The notes under the pieces are model-generated. The model was not told where the DNA came from. It made no database searches and was given only the letters and a program-made list of their open reading frames with translations. Positions 52,336 through 64,000 of a stretch of DNA of 64,000 nucleotides are shown one piece after another; position 1 is the stretch's first letter, and every line of letters begins with the position of its first letter. Position numbers and translations under genes: made by a program. This stretch comes from Auanema rhodensis (lineage: Eukaryota; Animalia; Nematoda), in contig OZ059894.1 of the NCBI GenBank assembly GCA_964057225.1, forward strand, positions 13,702,001 through 13,766,000, in the 5' to 3' direction.

Positions 52336-55300
52336 TTATTCCTCAATGTCATCATCCAGAATTCTACCTCGTGATGCGCTGCGCATGTTCGAAACTGTGG
52401 CTGAAGACATCTATAAGTAAGATTACTGTAGAAATTTCTTTGTCCTTTGGGAAATAATTACCGAATGAGCTAAACCTCTCCCACCGAAAGCAATTGATCC
52501 ACTTCTGGTCTTTAAACGCATTTTCGATAAAGCATTCTCAGCAGCATCAGCTCTGAAAAGAGGCAAACAATATTTATACTTTTAATTAAATGAATAAAAT
52601 TAATTAATTTAGATTAAATAACGAAACCTTTCTTCAGCATCTTCCAATGAATGTTGCAATTGACGGTATTTAGCTAAGTTTTGAGCTGCGAGATTCTCCT
52701 TAACAAATAATGAATTTCGTAAAAAAAAACATAAATATATAATATTTCTTACAGCATCTTCCAATTGTCGTTTGTATGTCTTAATCTTGTTCTGTAATTT
52801 CTCAATCAGATCATATAGACGCTCAGATGATTTCTTATCTTCATCAACCTATAATATCAGTATAATAAGTTTTCATTTCATATTTCTATTATGCATACTT
52901 GGAACTGAAGTTCACGGCATTTTCTGTCCTTGTTACGTAAGTTCTTGAGTGTTTCAGCATGACGACGACCTTCAGAATCAAGCTCTGATTCCAATTCGCG
53001 CGTTTTGTTTTCCAATTTGGCAATGACTCTCTTTCCACCTTTCATGCTTTGTGCTTCTGCTTCATCTAATCTTGTTTGGAGATCCTACAATTGGTCGCGA
53101 AATTGAAAATGTGAAATTCGATTATACAAAAACCTTGATTTGACTCTCCATCTGCTTTCTAGCTCTTTCGAGATTCTGTGAATGCTCATGTTCAGATCGA
53201 AGATCTTCAGTTAAGCGAGTTGTTTCAGCGGTAAGCTACAATACTATAACAATGAAAACACAAAAGTATTGTGTAAACTATACCTTCTTCTTCAGATCAT
53301 CAGCTGATTTGAGCTCGTTCAAGGTTTCAGTAACTTCAATTTGCAGATGCTGAAGTTCTCCTTCAACTTTACGTTTTATTGCAGTTAAAGAAGCATTTTG
53401 ATTGGCTAGGCTAGAAACAGTATCCCTAAGGTCAACATTCTCAACTTCAGCTTGACGACGAGCACGTTCAGCTTGTTCATATCCCATTGCGAGATCTTCC
53501 TTCTCTTGCTGCAAGATTTGAGATCTACGTTCAGCACTGGAAGCTTGATCACGATGTTCTTCTTTCATACGCTGCTCTTCTTCAACTTGAAGCTAAATGA
53601 TGAAAGTTTTTAAAATCTGCTTGTTGATAAGTATCTCACTTGTAAGTCGCGGATATGATCTTGATATCTTTTCAAGTTTTTCTGAGCATCAACTCCAGCC
53701 TTATTAGAGTGATCTAGAGCAATTTCAAGTTCATTAATATCGCTTTCAAGTTTTTTCTTCATGCGCAACAGCTCAGCACGGCCTCGACTCTCGGTTTCAA
53801 GTGAAGCCTATAACATGTTTAAACAAATCGTATATACATATAGTCATTCTAGTTGATGCTATATCTCTAGTTTTACCTGCATGCTCTCTAATGCTCGTTG
53901 ATGATTCTTGCGAGTATTTTCAAATTCTTCTTCTTTTTCTTGTAGACGCTTTTCGATTTCAGCTCTAATCTGACTAACTTCTACCTGGGCTCGGAGGACT
54001 TTAGCTTCTTCAGCTTCAAGAGCTGTTTCAGCATCATCCAGAGCTTGCTATAATACATATAAAGTTGCTATGCATAAGTTATATTAAATTACTTGAAGTT
54101 CTTCCTTTTCCAATTCAAGTTTGCGGCGCAATTTCTGGAGGTCATGAACACTCTTTCCTCCTTCTCCTAACTGATCAGCAATATCCTTCAACTCTTGGCT
54201 CAAAGCCTTGTTCTCTCGACGAACACCTTCGATCTGAAATCAAAAAATGAGTTCAATTCTAAAAATAAAACACTTACTTGTTCGTGTGATTCTTCCAATT
54301 GGTTACGAAGTCTGAATGTTTCAGTGGCTGCTGATCGAGTATCCCGTTGAGCTGATTCAAGTTCCTAATCATGTTCAATGAGATACACTTCCGGAAATCA
54401 CTTACTTGAACCAAGTTTTCACATTTCCTCTTCCATTCCTCGACCACCTTGTCGAATCCTTTCTGTTTTCTCTCGAGAGCAGCTGCATGTTGATTAGCCT
54501 GTGAGAAATCATTTTTTCTTGAACACCTGTGGGAAATCACGTACTCTATCAGCATCTACTTGAGCGTCTTCAAGCTCATGTGTAAGGCGTTGTCTGGTCT
54601 TTTCAAGAGAACCAATCTTTTGATTAGAAGCTTCCAGTTGTTCTTGAACTTCCTGTACTCTGTTAGCCAATTTACGACGAGCTTCCTCAAGCTCTTCAGA
54701 ACGATTCATACCTTCGCCTTCAAATCGAGCACGCCATTGTTGAGTCTCAGCATTAGCCTTGCTATAATTGAATTAAAATATTATGAAAAATTGTATAAGA
54801 AACAATTACCTGATCAGACGTTGAAGTTCGGTCTTAGCATCCTGTTCTTCCTCCAATTGTTCTCGAAGTTGTTCACATTCCAATTGATAATTGGCAGACT
54901 AAATGAAATACACATTTAAAAATAAAATAAAATATTTGAAGAAAAACAAACCTGAGAATGCAAATTATGACGTTCACGGCTCTCTTGTTCCAGCTGTCTA
55001 CGAAGCTCTTCATTTTGTGTATGTTGTTGTGCTTTAATTCTATTAAGAGCAGCTAATTGAGATTCAGCATCCTCAAGTTGTCTAAAATATTGATTATATG
55101 TACATAATAACTATTATATTCTTTAACAATAGATTGATAAACTACAAAAAGATAACGAGATTATTTGACATTTTTTCTCATAAGATGTACGGAAATTCCA
55201 TTATTGAGATCAATTTCATGACTGATCCCGTTAGAATTCTATGATGTTAAACTATTCCGTTTAAGGGAACGTGGAATCAGATTTCTATCGAGGTTTCATC

Positions 55301-58300
55301 GTCTGCTGGCAGACGTTTGAGCCCGTTTTTTTGGAAAAAGGCTTGGTTTGTCCGATGCCGATAAGCTTATGAGTCTAGTTCTAGCTAGCGTATGTACCTG
55401 TTCAAATCTGAGTTTTCAGAATGCATCTTGTTCTTGTACATCATTAGTTCTTGAATTTGACGAGCTTGTTCATCGCTCTTCAATGTCATTTCAGTCAATT
55501 GAGTTTCGAGTTGCTTTGCCATGCGCTCACAGTTCTTCAAAGAATTTCATAGTTAGGGACTTCTATTTGACGCTGTTCTAACCTGTCGTTGTTTAGCTTC
55601 AGAATCATTTTGCTGATGTAATTCATCAATTTCACGTTGCAATTGAGCCTTATCCTTCTCAAGTCTGGAAAAAGACAAAATGCTTAATAGAAGAAATGAC
55701 CAGAGTGTATTTACTTTCCTCGCATCTTCTGAACTGTATCGAGCTGATCGCTCAATTCAGCAATAGAATCATTATGTTTTTTACGAAGAGCAGCCATAGC
55801 AGTTTCATTGTTGATTGAAACATCTTCCAAATCACGTCGAAGTTTAGATAACTTAACCAAAATCATCTTTAAGTCTCATAGATTTTCAAGCTCACCTCAG
55901 CTTCACGCTTCTTATTCAGTTCCATTTGAGCTTGAGTGACACCTCCAGCTTCATCCAAGCGATCTCCTAATTCTTCAAGTTCAAGTTGCATCTCATTTCG
56001 AGCTTTTTCAGCCTTAGCACGGCCTTGACGTTCAGCTTCAAGCTCTTCTTCGAGTTCTTGGATGCGAGCCAAAAGTTCCTTTATTTGACGTTGAAGTTTG
56101 GCAACAAGAGACTGTTCATCCTCCAAACGAGAACATAAAGAATGAATTTCAGCATCCTTCCTGTAAATTATATTTGTTGAAGATAAAATAATATTTTTCA
56201 TCATACTTCTTCAAATTATTTTCCAATTCATGTCTTTGACGATTAATTTCTTCGATAGCCTCTTGAGCCAACTGAAATAAAAAGCTAACGACTATACTCA
56301 AATAATCTATTCAAACCTTAAGTTCTCCTTCAACCTTTCTTTTTTGTTTCTCACAATCTTGGCGATTACGCTTCTCACGCTCAAGATTATCCTCAAGCTC
56401 ATCCAATGTAGATTCAAGCTTAGCTTTAACTTTGTTCATATGATTCACCTTATCTTCTTCTGCTTGAATATCATCCAAAAGCTTACGGTTGATCTATAAG
56501 CACAATACAAACTTATAAAACTTTTACGGGTGCAAGTGAACCTCTTCTTGATGTTTCTTTTCCTTATTCAACTTAGAAATTACCTCATCTTGAGCACCAA
56601 TCTCATCCTGAAAAATAGATTGTTACTGTAACTACGACCTATTATATGACTCACTTGAAGGCTTCGAATTTGATGATCACGACTTTGTTTCTCACTTTCC
56701 TGCTTCTTGATTGTAGTTTCCAAATCAGACACAGTCTTCTTCAACGACTCGTTATCAGTTTCAACCTGGAAGATCAGTTATTCTCCTAATAAAGGAAAAC
56801 AAAGAAAGAATACCTTCTTCTTAGCTTTGCTAAGAGAAGCATTCTTATCTTCTTGATCGGCTAACTGATCATTCATATCAGTCAGCTGTCTTTCCAAATC
56901 AGCTTTCTGAGATAATAGTTTAGCTCCACGTTCTTCTCCTTCTGTATTAGCATCACGCTCTTGCTCAAGTTGTAAGACCATTGCTTGTTTTTCAGCCTAA
57001 ACATGAGATTTTAATCAAAAAATTCACAGAGTCTTTTACAATAAGGCGTTGATTCTCAGCTTCCAAATCTTTTCTTTTGGTAGTCTCTTTTCCGTGAGAT
57101 TCTTCAAGTTCCTTGAATCTAAAATAATTAAAAGTTCATAGATGATATTATTGGTATTTGATAATACTTCTTCTCAAGAGCTTCCATTTCTTCATGTTTC
57201 TTGTTACCCTTGATAAGAGGCTTAACACGACCAAATAACTTGAACCATGACCAATTACGAAGCGTACACCAAGCACGAACATTTCGTTGAACAATCAGTA
57301 ATCCAACTCTGAATATTGTGAATGTAAGTGAAGCCTCAATAGAATTTATTACCTTTGAGTTTTCTTTCTCTTGTATTCACATTGAGCGAGATAATGACGG
57401 CAAGCACATTGGAATTTATTGATAATCACTCCAAGAGCTTCATCACGAAGTTCTTCTAAATGAGCTAGAACTCCGGCTTTGAAAAAGACCTAAAATAATT
57501 ATAAGTTGAAATATTATTTAAAGAGTTTATATGTTTTATAGAAATAAGATAGGTTTAACATAAAAATAACTGAGAAAGGTTGAAACTTCATGCAGACCTT
57601 AGTTAATCCACATTGGAACTCTTCTTCTTTCAATGATCCCTTTGCAATCAATTGAGCAGCAATTTTCTCTCCTGACTCCTTAACATCTTTGCCTTGCTTT
57701 GAAGCTTCAGCTGCTAATACAGCATATCTGAAGTGTTTAACTAAGCAAAACATAAAGTGGTTATTATCATATAAAACTTAAAAAACATGATAAACTTAAA
57801 GTAAGCTTAATGCATATATGTTAATTGACATATAACTAACTTAAAATATAATTTATAAAGAAATAGAACATAGAATCACACATCATTCATACACACGCAT
57901 CATCTCTCACCTTTGTCATTCCATTACGGAAGGAATCAATCTTCAGTTTCCCATGTTTTGTTAAAGATGTTGTCATCTTTTCACCGGCGATCCGCGCATC
58001 ACGATGTGAAGCTTCGTCCGGTGCCAAAACTCCATATCTTTACGGGACAGACAATGATTGAATTAATTGAAAATCATTTTCTTATCACTCATCAACTCTC
58101 AGTTTTGATATTTTTTCATAATTTTCTATTGAAATACCTTTGCTTGAAATCTTCGTATGGCATTCTATTAGGGAATCCTTTCCGACAGATACGAATTCCT
58201 TCCAGTACTCCGTTACATGTTAATTGATTCAAGACTAAGTTGGCTTCGATAACACCTTAAAAATGAATTAATTGCTTTCAATTCTTTTTGAGTTATAATC

Positions 58301-61300
58301 TTAGTACATACCACTCTTCTTCTGTTCATTGGGAATAATACAACGAATAAAATGAGGATGTGTTTGATGAAGCATTTGCATCAACTTGTTTAATGACTCA
58401 CGATACATCATAGACACGGTCATAAAACTAGCAGATTTTCCCTTGAATATCATATCATTTTATCATTTTGGTCTGCAAGTTACCTTCTTCTTACTGATTC
58501 CAGCAGCAGCCTTCTTGCCCATGTTAGCAATATCTTCTTGGGTATTATAGTCGGCCCAGAGTTCCGACATCAACTCGTTGCCGTTGTTAGCTTTAAGCAC
58601 AGTAACAGCGGTATCGTTCAAAGGATCCTATTAACAATATTTTAAGTTTAAAATATTTATCAAATATGTAGTTAAATATTATTTTATAATATATAAAACT
58701 ATGAATTATGACTAAAATTTTCACGTTTCTCACGTAAATGCTAATTAATTATCAGATATTCATATTAAGTAGAATCATTTTAATTGGAATGATTTCATAA
58801 TTTGGTTGCATTTTTGATTAAATTAATTTCATTTTTAGTTAATTTTATAATTAATTTACCTTGTTCTTTTCCAACCATCCCTTGCAATTATACCGTACAG
58901 TACCAGCGTAATGAACAATTGCAAGATGAGCTTCAGCCTACGAAGACAAAGGGGTTTTTCTTTCTAATTTTATCAGAAACTATCATTATTTACCTGTTTG
59001 CCTTTAGGTGGTTTGGGTTTTTGGAAGTTTGGATGCTTACCCAAATGCTGATCATTCAGCTTTTGAGCCAAAGTCAAATCAGAAGCTTTAGGAACAATGC
59101 ATTCCTCATCCAACATAGAAATAATACCCAAAGGCTATAAATAGTCTGATCTTCAAGAGTTATTCAATAGGATAGTTTGTTACCTTCTCAATCAACTCAA
59201 TACAAGCTTGAAGATCAAGACCAAAATCAATGAATTCCCATTTAATTCCTTCACGCTGATACTCCTAAAAATTATTTAAAATTTATAAATTAATAATATT
59301 ACTAACTTCTTGTTCTAGAACAAACATATGATGATTGAAGAATTGTTGAAGACGTTCATTAACAAAGTTAATCCATAACTGTTCAAATGAGTTCAAATCG
59401 AAAATTTCGAAACCAGCAATATCGAGAACTCCGATGAAACAATCGCGAGATAGATCTTGAGCATCAAGCGTCTTGTTACATCTATAATGCTCTTGGTACA
59501 TTAATGTATATCGTATAGTTTATAAACCTCTTGATAAGCCAACTGAACATACGAGCATAAAGAGCTTTAGCAAGAGCTCCAACAGCCCAATTAACTTGAT
59601 CAAGATTTTGACCTTTATTAACCCATTCTGTTCCAACTTTTACTCTTGGCTTGAGAAGAGCCTGTATGAACTTATCATAATCAACTTGGAATAATTTACA
59701 AGCAATTTCTCCTTCTATAATATGAAATTAATGTTCATTTCTTCTTAATCTGTGTAGCTTGCCTTTTCCATTGTCAAGTTCTGCTTGCTCTTCTCTAGGA
59801 CGTTGCTTGAAAGTACATTCTCCCATGTGCATCAAAGCTAAGAAAAGTATAAAGATATAATCATTCTCATACTTATCTACTTACCACCAGTGATGGCAAA
59901 CAACTCATCCTTTTCCCTTTGACTGAATTTCATAATGTTGAAAGCTTCCTAGAAGAATATTTCTTCTTTTCAGTAAACTATGAGTGAAATACCTCAGTCA
60001 AAAGCATTTCTTCTTTATCATCAATACCATCAATAGTAACTTCAGCCTGTGCAACGAATTTGTAGTCCTTGATGGGACGATCCAGCAAAAGACGTTCTGT
60101 ATCATTAGTATTAGTTATATATATTATCTTATTCAGCATAAGTTTCACCTTTCAAGCCTGGGAGAGCGCCAGAATATAGTTGGTAGAAAATGTGATAGCA
60201 GCGTTCTCCTGGAGCTTGTTTGATAACACGAGATTTTTCAAGAAGATCTTAATTATTATTATTTTTTAATTAAAAAGGAAGTTTGTATACAATGCTCAAT
60301 ATCAGCTCCAGCAACTTTACCACCATGATTGAAATGAATTCTGATAAATTTACCAAAACGAGAGGAATTATTGTTTCTCACAGTCTTGGCATTACCTAAA
60401 ATATATTATATATTAAACATTTTTCATCATTTTTCAATACCGAATGCTTCAAGTACAGGATTGGTTTGAACAATTTGATCTTCTAGGGAAACTGTTCCTT
60501 TCTCTTTTTTTTGTCTAAAACGGTATTTTCAGAAAATATTTGATTTGAATATGATTACTGAGTGGCTCCAACGGTAGCAAAGTATGATATTACTTTCTTG
60601 GTGTTTTCAGTCTTACCAGCTCCTGATTCTCCAGTAATCAACATAGATTGATTCTCACGATCTTTAGAATCAGATTATTATAAAAAATTATTGTAAGTAT
60701 ATAACTACCATTAGTCATGTTTCTATATGCTTCATCGGAAACAGCAAAAAGATGAGGTGGCATCTCATTTCTCCGTTTTCCCATGTACATCTTACAGACG
60801 CTTTCAGTATAGATTGGTAAGCGCTTGTATGGATTTATTACAACACAGAAAAGACCAGAATATGTCTAAAGATCGATTTTTTCTGATTTTCTTCTGTTTG
60901 TTTCAAAATTCTTACGTAAATCATCATGGAGTAATATCTTTGTCGTAAGTTGTGAAGTACAGAAGCATCATTGAGGAAAGTCAAATTTGCCATGTCTTCA
61001 GTTCTTTCGAATTTCGGAGGATTCATCTGTTGAACTTCGTCCTTTTTCAAAGTTTTCTGAAAATATAAAAACAGTTCTTCCCAGTTTCTCGTTTAATATG
61101 AACCTCTTGCCCCTTGCTTGTGACGACTGTCATGGTGTCACCTTTGGACGATTTGATCTCAGCGGCGACAAAGCCTTAAAAATGAATTTAAACAACTATT
61201 CTGATGAGAATAATCTACCATCATCAGGATCCGCTATCCATACATTTTTCTTAGAATCGAATTTCTTGGTTGTATTAGCAAGAATCTTTAAATATTGATG

Positions 61301-61381
61301 AAATCAAAAATATCCTATCCATGTAAGGATTACCTGCTCTTTTGACTGGCGTAAAAACTGCCAGCCTGGATCCTGTTCCAT
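52336..61381 (-). CDS. myo-5: Muscle myosin II heavy chain (complete, many short exons), most similar to C. elegans MYO-5
   Basis: [12 protein letters not shown]...[105 protein letters not shown], then a coiled-coil rod ending [11 protein letters not shown]. The myosin II call is certain; the myo-5 orthology is from recalled N-terminal sequence only. Confidence 0.95.
57598..57727 (-). CDS. Myosin converter-domain exon, variant B (130 nt)
   Basis: cttcag|A TAT GCT...ACT AAG|gtctg encodes (R)[43 protein letters not shown]. Confidence 0.92.
57911..58037 (-). CDS. Myosin converter-domain exon, variant A (127 nt), mutually exclusive with variant B
   Basis: gtaaag|A TAT GGA...ACA AAG|gtgag encodes (R)[42 protein letters not shown]; same phases as variant B and homologous to it. 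Confidence 0.88.
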
Positions 61382-64000
61382 CGCAAGGTTCAAAGTTCGA
61401 GTCGCGCTCTTTAATAGATTTGATTATCACAATTTAGAAATATGTAATGAGAGTTTCAAGAAATACATCACGAAATGGGTACTGTTTGACTTTCATTCAA
61501 GAGCGAAATTCATGATAATTCAGTTTGCCCGAGAAGAAGGATTTCTCATAATGATCTTCATAGAATATCAGAGAATGAGATCTTTTTTCGTATTTTCTTC
61601 AAAATTTAATTCTGATGAGGATCAGAAGAGTGTCCATGTTTCTTGTCTATTTGTGTGCTAAACGAATGGAAGGTGACGATGAAGCTTGAATTCATTGAGA
61701 TATAACTTGAAATTAAGAGAAATCTCATTAGTTAGAGATTGCAGAACATATGACGACAGTAAGGGATATTCAGAGAAAAGGAGAAACGAAAGATAGGTAG
61801 ACGACAGAATGAAGATGATGACTGGCTGAGGATTTGTTTGGATTGCAAGAAGACGACGACGGCGAAGAGGATGAGGATGAAGCCAGGGCAAGAGCTGCAC
61901 AGGAAGATGGGATAGACTTCTGGGATACTGAGAGAGGAAGAGAGAGGGCGAACAGCCGACACAACCACCCACTCATACAATACAAATAAGAAATTCGAAG
62001 AAACAAACTTCTACGACAGCCCAGAGCAGCAACATTCTCATCGTAACGCATGCACAGCGTCAAATCACGAATTAGCTGATCACTGTGCTCACAATTAAGC
62101 ATATATAAAGTATTTTCGTTTTTCGTTTTTAGAAAATAGAGAAGGAACAAACAGTAACATTATTTCAGCCTGTTGTTTCACGGGGACAATTTGATGAATC
62201 GACATCTATCTGCTCAGTCAACTATAAAGTGTCTGACTAATTGGGATAGCAAAACGGAAGAGCCAAGACATGTAGCTGACTTATCGGAGAATACTGTTTT
62301 TTTTGCTTGCGTAGGAGGTTGAAACTTCCAGGAAAAGTTTGAATGTTAGCTCAAAAATAGCGATCAAGGCGAGGTGCGGAAAATAAGTTTATTTTCCAGG
62401 CGAAAAAAAGATTTATTTAGTACAGTGGAAGTGCCAAACAGGATTCTTCAAAGCTCGTTCCGAAGTAGAGCAGTAAACGTTATGATCGATGAAGAATGAA
62501 ATAGAAAAGCACAAATACAAAAGTATGAAAACATAAGAGAATAAGAATGATATAGATATCAAAAATAAAGAGTTAATATTTAGAAAAATAAGTTTCAAAT
62601 GTTCAAGTTGAAAACTTTAAAAACTTAAAAGAAAATTAGAGAAATTCACAATATAATAGAAAACACAAAAAATTATATTTAAATTAACGGAAAGTCAAAA
62701 AAAATAGACAATGGCAGAGTCGAAAATTAGAATTTAGTAATGAATAACAATGCATGGAACATGAGTTGAAGTGAAAGACTGAAGAAAATGAAGCTATAGC
62801 TCTTCCAACTCTTGGCTGGACAACTGGAGTGGCCGGCGGCAGGATTTTGAAAATGCAAAGTCATCAGGCGGCATGCTTGCTCTTCTACAAGAAGGTGATG
62901 AAGGGATAAAACCAGAATTGCGTAGATCCATTGCGGAATTTTTGGAACTTACGCATAGAATATGTGGGGCAGAGAGAAAAAGAGAAGGAGCCTCAAGCAG
63001 AAGCATTGAAAGTGGGCGGATCATCTCGCCAACGGTGTACAGTAAGCTGATATAGTGTTGAGTTTTAGAGAAATTAGAGAAATGTTACATGAAATCGATT
63101 GATGGACTTGATGGATTAGAAGAGAGACGACAATTATTACAAGAGAGAGCATTGAATAACTGGAAAAGAAAGAACATGAATCATTTGGAGCTTTTTATCC
63201 CTGTACATCTATAACGATGACAACGGCGCTACGAAACACACATAAACAGAGCGAAGACATCTACTACATCAACAGATATGCGTTATTCCCCTCTCCTAAG
63301 TTCAAAGTCTATCCAAGATCTAGCTAAATGTAAGTTAGATTAAGCTCCAGGTACGTGAAGAGCGCCGTAGAACTTGATGCAAACTTTGGTCAACTGTAAA
63401 CTCTTATGCCAAGAATAAGCCGACGGACATATTCAAATAGATGAGCCGCAAAAGATCTTAGTTGTTTCGTAATGATACAAAAACAGATAGAAAGAAACTA
63501 TGATAAATTTAAAAAATAAATATACATAAATTGCATAGTAAGTTGCAAGTTTTGAATTCTTAGCGTATTTCAGATGCCAGCTTACCATTACATGAATAAA
63601 CTTTTGAAATAAATTTAAGATAAAGAATATAATCGTATTCGAATGAAAACTTTACAAAGATTGTCTGAAATAAGATCAAAGAAGAAAGCTTAAAAATGAT
63701 CGAATGTTATTAAAAACGACGAGTATCACCACGTGTGTAAATTTGCGGCTCAGACATGTGCATGCGCTGAAGAATCCCGAAGATTCAGAATTAAGTATTT
63801 GGAACGGCCGTGATTTATCAGCACAGAGAAAGTACTGCTGGTGATCGAACATCTTTTTTCTCTTATCCTCTTCATTCATCTTTCATCCCTCTTCACTTCT
63901 CCAGATCATTTTATATATTTTGTTCCCGCTTCTGTCACTCCACATTTCAAATTTTTGTATTTGATTATCATCTGGACAAAGTTTAGGGTCATTACGGCAT

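Noticed and set aside
55083-55377. Second alternative (hinge) exon or telomerase RNA in the long myosin intron
   Set aside because: All three sense frames contain stops and show no coiled-coil similarity, and there is no TTAGGC-type template. Kept only as an unassigned structured element.
61658-62150. Three overlapping - strand ORFs upstream of the myosin
   Set aside because: Low-complexity GA/CT-rich sequence typical of nematode upstream regulatory DNA; no domain or splice support.

Overview
AT-rich eukaryotic genomic DNA with very short (~45-60 nt) introns, TTTCAG-type acceptors and proteins closest to C. elegans families, so most likely a rhabditid nematode. The ORF track fragments every gene, so gene models were rebuilt by hand from splice sites. 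In order: 5' part of GTPBP1/cgp-1 (-); a 3-hydroxyacyl-CoA dehydrogenase (+); a 150-aa secreted protein with an SPH/S1-like beta domain after a KR site and an amphipathic helix (+); a ~16-kb gene-poor stretch rich in TCACGTGA/CRE/DBE motifs ending in a small 5-exon unknown gene (+); a small peptide-precursor gene (-); dlat-1 (+); tRNA-Arg(CCT); asparaginase/60-kDa lysophospholipase with two candidate first exons (-); two adjacent secreted low-complexity genes separated by a 305-bp MITE (-); a TauE/SafE-type membrane protein (-); an Srx-type chemoreceptor (+); and a complete muscle myosin heavy chain, myo-5-like (-). The best-supported surprise is a pair of mutually exclusive converter-domain exons in the myosin. 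Other leads are the SPH-like/actinoporin-like secreted protein, a structured element in a myosin intron, a possibly NADP-preferring HADH, and a peptide precursor with an in-frame UGA in a UGPLC context. All coordinates and translations were done by eye; no searches were run.
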